NCBI GenBank assembly: GCA_945835885.1
Contig: CAMAJR010000003.1
Location: forward strand, 1 to 56,159
DNA from: an uncultured Alphaproteobacteria bacterium
Lineage (GTDB): Bacteria; Pseudomonadota; Alphaproteobacteria; RF32; CAG-239
DNA: 56,159 nucleotides
Direction of reading: 5' to 3'
The notes beneath the pieces are model-generated. The model ran no database searches, had not been told where the DNA came from, and saw only the letters and a list, made by a program, of their open reading frames with translations. The translations under genes and the position numbers were made by a program. Shown piece after piece: positions 1-7,778 of this stretch; the stretch's first letter is position 1; each line of letters starts with the position of its first letter.

Positions 1-38
1 AACAAAAAAGGCCGGCCTTACAACCGGTCTTTTTGTTT
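1..38. terminator. probable bidirectional intrinsic terminator
   Basis: aacaaaaaaggccgg-ccttacaa-ccggtctttttgttt: hairpin flanked by A and T tracts, downstream of the minus-strand GIY-YIG gene. Confidence 0.65.
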
Positions 39-108
39 TATTGGTGCGCTTTGCTTTGCGCTTATCGGACTGAAAATTACGATGATTACAAGCAGTTGGA
101 AAATAGAA

Positions 109-831
109 TTATTTTTCTTTTCCAAAAACATAACTTATAGGATTTTGTGCTCCTCTTTTTTTGAAAGTATTATGCTTGTTTATATATGTAGGATATTTAT
201 CAGAAACATCTTTCCCTTCAAATAGCCATCTTGTTCTTCCTTTTTCATCTAGTTTTGTGTACCATTTTTCAGGTTTGTAAATTGCTCTAAAAATTCCATG
301 ATATTCGCTAATGACTAATTCAATATCATTTATTTTACTTGCATTCAATAACCAGCTTTTTCTTGTAGCATCATAAACATTTTGATTTGTTTCATAAGTT
401 TTATTTATATTAACAATCAGACAATTATGTTTAATTTCTGCTTTAGTTATATCTTCTACACAATAATACGCTTCTATTTCTGAAATAGACTTCATTCCAT
501 TGTCTAAACAATGATGACCACCCATAATATTCAAAAGTTTTCGGCTACTCCACACATTAGAAGAAAAAATATCTATCAAAGCCGCTTCTAAATGAAAAGC
601 TTCACATTCAGTTAATCCATGTCTAATGATATATTTTTCAACAGTTGCATTATCTTCTTGTATATCATGAATGCGCTTATTTTTTTCTTTTTCCGCTATT
701 TCCTGCTCATGAGCAAAAACTCTGTTTCCACAACCTTTTCCTATATAAAAAATTGTCTTATCTCTCGAATCTATCAGACAATAAACATAATAACCGATAC
801 TTTCTATTGTTGATTGTGAAAATTCAAACAT
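109..831 (-). CDS. LEM-3-like GIY-YIG nuclease domain protein
   Basis: YYVYCLID...FYIGKGCGNRVFAH...IIRHGLTECEAFHLEAALID...LLN motif series of GIY-YIG/LEM-3-like proteins; AAGGAG RBS before the ATG at 831 (ORF track starts at 861); visibly more AT-rich than neighbouring housekeeping genes. Confidence 0.8.
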   Translation of the reverse strand: MFEFSQSTIESIGYYVYCLIDSRDKTIFYIGKGCGNRVFAHEQEIAEKEKNKRIHDIQEDNATVEKYIIRHGLTECEAFHLEAALIDIFSSNVWSSRKLLNIMGGHHCLDNGMKSISEIEAYYCVEDITKAEIKHNCLIVNINKTYETNQNVYDATRKSWLLNASKINDIELVISEYHGIFRAIYKPEKWYTKLDEKGRTRWLFEGKDVSDKYPTYINKHNTFKKRGAQNPISYVFGKEK

Positions 832-937
832 TTTACTTCTCCTTTGCCTTGTTTTAGCCAATAAAACTTAAAATTTATATAACTTATCGGATTGTGATTG
901 ATTTATCAAAATGATTAATTTTATTGGTTTTTATGCA

Positions 938-995
938 AAAAGTCCGATAGTTGAGGAAAAAATGGTATTTTCGGGAAGCAAATTATCGGACTTTT
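938..995. repeat. 15-bp imperfect inverted repeat (aaaagtccgatagtt / aattatcggactttt)
   Basis: 14/15 complementary arms at 938-952 and 981-995; related copies at 62-71 and 884-892. Confidence 0.7.
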
Positions 996-1016
996 GGGGA
1001 TTCAGCCCTGATAAAG

Positions 1017-1046
1017 CAAAAAGACACCCTTTCGGGTGCCTTTCTT
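1017..1046 (-). terminator. intrinsic terminator of tRNA-Thr
   Basis: aaaaaagacaccc-tttc-gggtgcctttct hairpin directly 3' of the tRNA CCA end, with a U tract on the minus strand. Confidence 0.75.
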
Positions 1047-1050
1047 AAAA

Positions 1051-1125
1051 TGGTGCCGCTGATAAGAATCGGACTTACGACCCCGTCATTACCAATGACG
1101 TGCTCTACCACTGAGCTACAACGGC
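1051..1125 (-). tRNA. tRNA-Thr(GGT)
   Basis: Reverse complement gccgttgtagctcagtggtagagcacgtcattggtaatgacggggtcgtaagtccgattcttatcagcggcacca folds as a 75-nt cloverleaf with anticodon GGT and encoded CCA; T-loop reads TCCGATT. Confidence 0.93.
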
Positions 1126-1523
1126 ATAATTTATACCTTTTACATAATCTCTAATAATGACGGGTTCGACGACCCCGCCTCGTCGTCATCGGCTCGCTTC
1201 GGTTGCTTACGCTTTCCTTGCTTGCTGGACGCCTTCGGGCGTTGCAGACAAAAACAACATTTAGAGGTTGTTTTTGCTTAGCCGCTACCAATGACGTGCT
1301 CTACCACTGAGCTACAACGGCATAATTTATACCTTTTACATAATCTCTAATAATGACGGGTTCGACGACCCCGCCTCGTCGTCATCGGCTCGCTTCGGTT
1401 GCTTACGCTTTCCTTGCTTGCTGGACGCCTTCGGGCGTTGCAGACAAAAACAACATTTAGAGGTTGTTTTTGCTTAGCCGCTACCAATGACGTGCTCTAA
1501 ACTAAAGCTACAACGGCATAATT
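1090..1523 (-). repeat. 196-bp tandem repeat (2 full copies plus a degenerate partial copy) containing the tRNA-Thr 5' half
   Basis: Units start at 1090, 1286 and 1482 (taccaatgacgtgctcta...); the first two look identical by eye, the third has a mutated D-loop region and ends near 1523. Confidence 0.92.
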
Positions 1524-1666
1524 TTTCGCAACAATTACAAAATACATAGAACTTTTTAAAAATCAATCACTTTTTTTATATTTTTGCAAAATTTATGTAA
1601 AATATTTACTTTTAAGCCATAAAATAACAAAAAAATCTGTGTATGAATTTAATTTAGAGGTCTGAA

Positions 1667-3772
1667 ATGGCGCCAAAAAATTTTGATAAAACTGCCAAAA
1701 AAGGCAAAAACGATGCGATTATTAACGTTGAAGAAGAAAACGAAAGCTGGTTTGCCAACAGCTTGCATCGCTTTATTATTGTTTTCAGCGTGGTCTGGTT
1801 CGGTCTTGTTGCTGTTTATATTTCCAAGTTTTTCGGTTGGGATAAGCTGTTTTCAATGTTGCCGAACGAATTTGCCGGATTTATGGCTGCCAGCACGCTT
1901 CCTTTGGCGATTATTTGGGTGATTATGGCGTTTATCGACCGCGGCAGCAATTTCAAAAACGAAACAAGGATGTTGCGCGATTCGCTGAATCGGGTTATTT
2001 TTTCGGATTCCGGCGGCGGTGAGGCATCTAAGATGATTGCCAACGCCATAAAAGAACAAGTTTCGGAACTTAAAGAGGCAACGCGCGATGTTTATGCTCA
2101 AAGTGAATTGGTTAAACGTGATTTGACTGAACGTGTTGCCGAACTTAAAGATTTGGCTGAGGCGTTGGATAATTATTCTTCTCAGACTATGCAGGCGCTC
2201 AGTGAGGAAATTCAAAAAATGGTCGAAAACTTTTCTTTTGTTGCCGATAAGGCCTCGACCACAACCGCTGATTTTCGCGTCAATACGATGCAAATGCGTG
2301 AAGACAGCGAAAAATTGGTGAATTTAATGACACCGATGGTTAATGAAATGGTGATGGCGGCAGAACGTGTTAAAGAGGTGGTTAATGTCAATAACGAAAA
2401 TATTGCCAAAGCACAGGAGCAACTTAATCAATATTCGGAATCCAGTCAGCTTGCCATCGGTAAAATGATTGAATCTTGGGCGGTTAAAGGTGAAAACCTC
2501 GAAAAAACATATTTACGCGCATCTGAAAATTGCGAAGAGTTGTTCCGCCGACTCGATTCAGGCATTTCGCACATTGAAAACAGCATTCAGGAACAACGAC
2601 GAGTGGTTGAAACTCAATCCGGACTGATTGATAAAAATTCGGCATATTTAGATAACAAACTCGGTGAATACGGCCGTTTAATCAGCTTGGAGGTCGAGGC
2701 AATGGTCGAACGCTCCGGCACGCTTGAACGCAATATTCAAACGCAAATCAAGAGTATTCGTAACACGTCGGAACAAGTTGCGGCGGCATTTGCGCAACTT
2801 GGCGATGATGTTTTGGCAAAGCGCAAACTGCTTGAAAGCGAAAGTTTGCAAATTGTGGAAGCCGTCACCGCCACCGTTAATCATTTGGGTGAAGAGATGC
2901 GGCGTATGCAGGAATATTATAGCAACGCACAAAACAAAAACCACGAGTTCGGACAGGCCTTTATGGCGGTATCGCAAAACTTGCATGAAATGGAAAACGA
3001 TTTGGTGCGTAATGTTAATGATTTTAACAACAAAGCCACTGATGTATTCAGCAGATTTGATGAAGTCAGTCAGCGTGTCAACGGCAGTATCGGCAAAATG
3101 ATGGAAAAAGCCGATGTTATGACGGCACAAAGCAAAGAAAATGCCGAGTTGTTGACGGCACAAGATGAATTTTTGAGCAAGACAATCGGCGGCTTAAAGC
3201 AAATTTCCGCTAACATTGCGGAATTGAATGCCGGATTGAACAAAACCGGCGGCGACATCGGTTCAACGCTGACAAAATATGAACGCAAAATGACGAATTT
3301 CGGCAAGTTGGTTAATGAACATCTTGAAAACTTGCAACTCGGATTCCAAAAAACAGAACAACAAGTCGATGCGTTTAATCAAAAGTTTAAGTCTGCGACC
3401 GTTGATGTGTTTATGCGCAATTCGGAAGACATTATCAATGAACTCGAAACGATTTCGATTGATATCAACACGATTTTCAACAAAGATAATGACGAAGATT
3501 TGTGGAAAAAGTATTATGCCGGCGACCGCACCGCTTTTGCGCGCTATTTGGCAAAGAATATGACTAAAAAGCAAATTTCCGTTATTCAAAAGGATTATGA
3601 AGAAAAAAGCGAATTCAGAATTTTGGTTGATAAATATATCGATGACTTTAACAGTTTGGTGTCAACCGCTCGTGACAGTGAGCGTGCCGGCACGTTTTTG
3701 GCGCTTATTTCCGGTTCGGATATAGGCAAGGTATATTATATTTTAGCAAGAGCGTTGGGTAAAATAAGCTGA
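1667..3772 (+). CDS. TipN/GPR(RgsE)-like polar landmark protein: 2 TM helices plus long coiled coil
   Basis: Two N-terminal TM segments, long heptad-rich region, and C-terminal LW..Y..GDR..F.R.L...Y....EFR..VD.YI..F..L...SD.GKVY..LA.A.G domain characteristic of alphaproteobacterial TipN/GPR proteins. Confidence 0.65.
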   Translation: MAPKNFDKTAKKGKNDAIINVEEENESWFANSLHRFIIVFSVVWFGLVAVYISKFFGWDKLFSMLPNEFAGFMAASTLPLAIIWVIMAFIDRGSNFKNETRMLRDSLNRVIFSDSGGGEASKMIANAIKEQVSELKEATRDVYAQSELVKRDLTERVAELKDLAEALDNYSSQTMQALSEEIQKMVENFSFVADKASTTTADFRVNTMQMREDSEKLVNLMTPMVNEMVMAAERVKEVVNVNNENIAKAQEQLNQYSESSQLAIGKMIESWAVKGENLEKTYLRASENCEELFRRLDSGISHIENSIQEQRRVVETQSGLIDKNSAYLDNKLGEYGRLISLEVEAMVERSGTLERNIQTQIKSIRNTSEQVAAAFAQLGDDVLAKRKLLESESLQIVEAVTATVNHLGEEMRRMQEYYSNAQNKNHEFGQAFMAVSQNLHEMENDLVRNVNDFNNKATDVFSRFDEVSQRVNGSIGKMMEKADVMTAQSKENAELLTAQDEFLSKTIGGLKQISANIAELNAGLNKTGGDIGSTLTKYERKMTNFGKLVNEHLENLQLGFQKTEQQVDAFNQKFKSATVDVFMRNSEDIINELETISIDINTIFNKDNDEDLWKKYYAGDRTAFARYLAKNMTKKQISVIQKDYEEKSEFRILVDKYIDDFNSLVSTARDSERAGTFLALISGSDIGKVYYILARALGKIS

Positions 3773-4734
3773 TGGCATTTTTGGGGTTTAACAGTAACGT
3801 TTTTATGGCACCGATGGCGGGAATTACCGACGCACCTTGGCGGACGATTTTGGCCGAAATTGGGGGCGGAAATTTAGTTTCGGAAATGGCGGCGGTTAAC
3901 GCAATTCAGCGCAAAAACCCGAAAAGCTATCAAATTGCCAATGTCAAAACTGAACCGTATCCCGTGGTGGTGCAGTTGGTCGGAAATTCTCCCGAATTGT
4001 TCGCCGATGCGGCAAAGTTGGTGGCGGATTTGGGTGCGCGCTCGATAGACATCAATATGGGCTGTCCGGTCAAAAAAATCGTCAACAACAATTCCGGTTC
4101 GGCCTTGATGCGCGATTTATCGCTGGCGGCACAAATTATTGAAGCAACGGTTAAGGCAACACCGCTCAAAGTCAGTGTTAAGTTTCGCAAGGGGTGGGAC
4201 AACGAGCATATCAATGCGGTGGAATTTGCTAAAATGTGTGAGCAAAGCGGTGCATCATATATTACGGTGCACGGGCGCACACGGGCGCAGGGGTATTCCG
4301 GTGTTGCCGATTGGGACATCATCGGTGCGGTTAAAGCGGCGGTCAAGATTCCGGTGGTTGGCAACGGTGATGTTGACAGTCCGCAAAGGGCCGAACAGAT
4401 GTTAAAACAATGCGGTGTTGACGGTGTGATGATGGGACGAGCGGTGCTTGGTAATCCGTGGTTATTGAATCGCACACATCACTATTTGCAAACCGGTGAG
4501 ATTTTGCCGGCACCGCAGACAGTGCAAATAAAAGAAATGCTTTTAAGGCATTTAACGTTGTTGGTAGAATATTACGGTGAGCGCGGCGGTATGGCGATTT
4601 CGCGCAAGCACATCGGTTGGTATGTCAAGAGCTTGTATGAAGCTAAACGCTTTCGTGAGCAATATACCAAATTGAACACGCTAAACGAGGCAATAAATTT
4701 GATTAACGAATATTTTTCGAGGGTTGAACAATGA
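3772..4734 (+). CDS. dusB: tRNA-dihydrouridine synthase B
   Basis: MAPMAGITD, IDINMGCPVKK, TVHGRT, GNGD, GVMMGR motifs. Confidence 0.93.
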   Translation: MAFLGFNSNVFMAPMAGITDAPWRTILAEIGGGNLVSEMAAVNAIQRKNPKSYQIANVKTEPYPVVVQLVGNSPELFADAAKLVADLGARSIDINMGCPVKKIVNNNSGSALMRDLSLAAQIIEATVKATPLKVSVKFRKGWDNEHINAVEFAKMCEQSGASYITVHGRTRAQGYSGVADWDIIGAVKAAVKIPVVGNGDVDSPQRAEQMLKQCGVDGVMMGRAVLGNPWLLNRTHHYLQTGEILPAPQTVQIKEMLLRHLTLLVEYYGERGGMAISRKHIGWYVKSLYEAKRFREQYTKLNTLNEAINLINEYFSRVEQ

Positions 4735-6098
4735 AAATAGTAGTGGGCGGCGCATCAAATGTCGGAAAAAGCATTGTCGGATATTTAAGTTTCGGCAACA
4801 ATGATATTGTTGTTATTGATGAAGATGGCGCCAAACTGGATGAGATTGCCAAAGAATATGATGTGCAACCGGTGCTGGGCTCAATTTCACGACCGGATAT
4901 TCAGGAAAGTATCGGTATGAAAAATATGGATATGCTGATTGCCGTGACGGATAGCGATGAAATTAATATGGTGGCGTGTCAGGTGGCGTTCACTTTGTTC
5001 AATGTGCCTAAAAAGATTGCCCGAGTTGATTCGGAATATTTTTTGAATCCACTGTGGAATACGCTTTATAATGAAAAGAGTTTGCCGATAGATTTAGTGA
5101 TTACGCCGGATATTGAAATTGCCAAGTTTATTGAAAATTTGCTGAATTTACCGGGAAGCACGGCGGTTTTTCCGTTTTTGAACAACAAAATCAATATATT
5201 TGCTTTTCGGCATTTGGATGTCGATATTCCGTTTATGAAGTTTTCGCTTAACCATATTAACCAAAAACTCAAAGAATTGTCAGCGCATATTGTGTTGATT
5301 GCACGCGGTTCGCGTCGGATTTTACCGAGTGAAGAAGAAGTGCATTTGCAACGTAATGACCTGATTTATGTGAGTTGTTTGCCGGAACAAAATATGGAAA
5401 TTATGCGTTTGTTCGGTGTTGACCATAATCCGTATGAAAAAATCGTTATTTTCGGGGGTAATCCGATTTCGTATTATTTAGCATCTCAAATTGAAAAAAA
5501 TGAAAATGTTGCCAATTGTTGCATTATTGAGGAAGATGTGCAAAAAGCGGCAAAATTGGCAGAAAATTTAAACTCAACAACAATTATTACCGGCGAGATT
5601 ATGAGCGATGTTATTTTGCAAGATGCCGGCTTTGCCTCAGCTGATGCCAGTGTTGCCGTTACCGGCAGAGATAAAGACAATATGCTGTTAGCACTGCTTG
5701 CTTCTCGCAACAAAGACACACAGGCGCTCTCTTTAGTTAATTCAAAAGATTATAATGTATTGACCGCCAACATTCGCAACAACGTGATTATTGACCGCTC
5801 GGTAATTACAATTTCGGCGATTTTGAAATATTTGCGTAAGGCGCGGATTCGCGAGGCATATTCCGTCGGGCGCGGTATGGGTGAAATTTGGGAAATCAAA
5901 ATAGAAGCGGACAGTGTCAACTTGGGACGAACGATTGATGAATTAAAAATACCGTCAGAAAGCTCGATAATGTTGATTGTGCGCAATAATGAACTGATTT
6001 ATGATACGGCACAAACACGCCTTGAAGCCGGTGACGTAATTTTGATTTATGTGACACCGCAAAATATTCGGCGAATTGAAAATATTTTCTATTTATAA
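4731..6098 (+). CDS. trkA: Trk system potassium uptake regulatory protein TrkA
   Basis: 455 aa, two RCK N/C pairs, LIAVTDSDEINMVACQVAFTLFNVPKKIARV signature. Confidence 0.9.
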   Translation: MKIVVGGASNVGKSIVGYLSFGNNDIVVIDEDGAKLDEIAKEYDVQPVLGSISRPDIQESIGMKNMDMLIAVTDSDEINMVACQVAFTLFNVPKKIARVDSEYFLNPLWNTLYNEKSLPIDLVITPDIEIAKFIENLLNLPGSTAVFPFLNNKINIFAFRHLDVDIPFMKFSLNHINQKLKELSAHIVLIARGSRRILPSEEEVHLQRNDLIYVSCLPEQNMEIMRLFGVDHNPYEKIVIFGGNPISYYLASQIEKNENVANCCIIEEDVQKAAKLAENLNSTTIITGEIMSDVILQDAGFASADASVAVTGRDKDNMLLALLASRNKDTQALSLVNSKDYNVLTANIRNNVIIDRSVITISAILKYLRKARIREAYSVGRGMGEIWEIKIEADSVNLGRTIDELKIPSESSIMLIVRNNELIYDTAQTRLEAGDVILIYVTPQNIRRIENIFYL

Positions 6099-6140
6099 TG
6101 CTCTCCGTATTCAGCACAAAAACAATTTTGTAGACAAAAC

Positions 6141-6169
6141 TTGACAACAGATAATTTTTTTGTTATTCT
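6141..6169 (+). promoter_or_regulatory. sigma70-type promoter
   Basis: TTGACA-17 bp-TATTCT with TG extension, 22 nt upstream of ATG 6192. Confidence 0.65.
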
Positions 6170-6191
6170 CTCCAAGATTGGAGAAGATAAA

Positions 6192-7130
6192 ATGAAGAAA
6201 TTACCAAGCATTGATGAAATTATATTTGCTATGAGCGAAGAACCGTTAGGTATGGGTGAAGAGGCAAAAGTGTATAAAATTCACACCTCTCCGGATTATA
6301 CCGTGCGTGTCAGCAACAGTGCACCGAAATTGGATGTTTTGGCAGAACAATTATATGACAGCCAATTTATTCAGCAAAAGGACATTTTTGCCGGCAGAAA
6401 TTTTGCGCAGCCGGTTGCGTATTGGGGAGTTGATGCCTATGATGCAACCAATGCTTTGGTAACCATCAATTTATATTCGCCGGGGTTTTCGATGGAAATT
6501 CATAAACCGGGGCGAAAGTTACCGTCGAGCGAAGAAGCTCTGATGAAAACGCTGACGTTATCTAAGGCGGTCCTAAATATGCCGGATACGGCCATAGATA
6601 AGCTTTATGATGATTTGCATTTTCTTTCTTCACGCGAATTTTCGATTGATGTCGGCAACGGCGGTTTATTCACCAACACCGGAAATATTTTGTTTTCGGC
6701 GGTAGGCAAGGAGTTCCGCATAATTGATATTCAGCCGTTTATCCGTAACCGTGTCGGTATTTCGCCGGACCATACCAAGGGCTTTAACACGCCGCTGTTT
6801 TTAACCCGCGGGTTGCTTCCGGGGGCATATGGTTATGCCAAAGAACACGCAAAATATCCGCCGTTAATTGAGTATCGCACAGAAATTGTGAACAAGGTTA
6901 TCAAAGGGGCAAAGCGTAACCACATCAACGATGTTGGTGGTTATTTGCGCGGGGATATGAGCAAAATAGCGGAAATTTGGAAGGCTCAATTAGCCAAAAT
7001 AAATATTGATGAAAAACGCGCCGAACACTTTATTAAAGAGGTCTGCTCGGTTACGCAAGAGCATCGTTATCGTCTGTATAGAAGTCCGACACCGTTTGTG
7101 CGCGTTGCCGGCCGCAGTATGTATTCATAG
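6192..7130 (+). CDS. hypothetical protein, possible divergent protein-kinase-like fold
   Basis: GGAG RBS before ATG 6192; LGMGEEAKVYK (Gly-loop-like), SID...GNILF and FRIIDI in kinase order. Confidence 0.6.
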   Translation: MKKLPSIDEIIFAMSEEPLGMGEEAKVYKIHTSPDYTVRVSNSAPKLDVLAEQLYDSQFIQQKDIFAGRNFAQPVAYWGVDAYDATNALVTINLYSPGFSMEIHKPGRKLPSSEEALMKTLTLSKAVLNMPDTAIDKLYDDLHFLSSREFSIDVGNGGLFTNTGNILFSAVGKEFRIIDIQPFIRNRVGISPDHTKGFNTPLFLTRGLLPGAYGYAKEHAKYPPLIEYRTEIVNKVIKGAKRNHINDVGGYLRGDMSKIAEIWKAQLAKINIDEKRAEHFIKEVCSVTQEHRYRLYRSPTPFVRVAGRSMYS

Positions 7131-7146
7131 TCCCTTAAACGGAAAA

Positions 7147-7407
7147 TTACAAATCGTTGCTACGCGCGTCAACTCTTTTGAGAGCGCGGAAGAATGCTTT
7201 TTTACTTGGTTTGCGTTCAAGCGAGCGGAAAGTGACGCGCTTTTGAGTCAGCCGCACAATGTATTTCATTACCTTAATTTTTTCGTTGTCGTTTAAAAGG
7301 TCGAGTGCTTGCGTGATTTCATATATTTTTTGCGGCACATAGCGATAATGTTTGATGATTTCTTCAATCCGCACCATACCATCCGGCTGGAAGCAATCCT
7401 CGGTCAT
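7147..7407 (-). CDS. hypothetical 86-aa basic protein
   Basis: Strong AAGGAG RBS, fills the gap between convergent/divergent neighbours, own promoter and leader. Confidence 0.7.
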   Translation of the reverse strand: MTEDCFQPDGMVRIEEIIKHYRYVPQKIYEITQALDLLNDNEKIKVMKYIVRLTQKRVTFRSLERKPSKKAFFRALKRVDARSNDL

Positions 7408-7427
7408 CGTTTCTTCTCCTTTGAAAT

Positions 7428-7623
7428 AAAAAAACTACTCTGATGAGGAGTAGCAGGAAGTTCAGAACCTATCAATCGGGATAGTGTAGCTATTTGTTAA
7501 TTTGCAAGAAAGTAACTTATTTACTACCTTCCTGCCACATCGCAGGAAGTAATTTTACATCTTGACAAAGCAAGATAACCGATTGGAGGGTTCTGAATCC
7601 TCACGCAAGTTATCATCTTACGC
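7428..7623 (-). ncRNA. candidate structured leader RNA / attenuator
   Basis: Long stem ttcagaacctatcaatcgg (7461-7479) / ccgattggagggttctgaa (7579-7597), inner hairpins 7528-7549 and 7559-7576, 5' hairpin 7603-7623, terminator ctactc/gagtag plus U7 at 7428-7453. Confidence 0.6.
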
Positions 7624-7629
7624 ACGCTT

Positions 7630-7658
7630 AGGTTATGTTATTCGGCGGCGCTTGTCAA
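7630..7658 (-). promoter_or_regulatory. sigma70-type promoter for leader RNA and 86-aa ORF
   Basis: Minus strand TTGACA (7658-7653), 17 bp, TAACCT (7635-7630). Confidence 0.6.
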
Positions 7659-7778
7659 TTAAAAACAATCGTCACAAATAAAATACTTGAAATTCAAAAA
7701 AAATGCGTTATGTTAGGGCAAATTTAAAAGCAAACATAACAGTTTGTTTAACGGACATTTATTTGAGGAACGAAAAAA

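Noticed and set aside
951-1154. 67-aa ORF in the track
   Set aside because: It is the antisense reading of tRNA-Thr and its terminator; no RBS.
1190-1285. Self-splicing group I intron in a functional tRNA
   Set aside because: 96 nt is too short for a group I core, and the interrupted copies lack the 3' acceptor strand and CCA, so splicing would not give a complete tRNA.
1090-1523. CRISPR array (36-bp repeat with spacers)
   Set aside because: The intervening 160-bp segments are identical rather than unique, the repeat is a tRNA half, and no cas genes are present.
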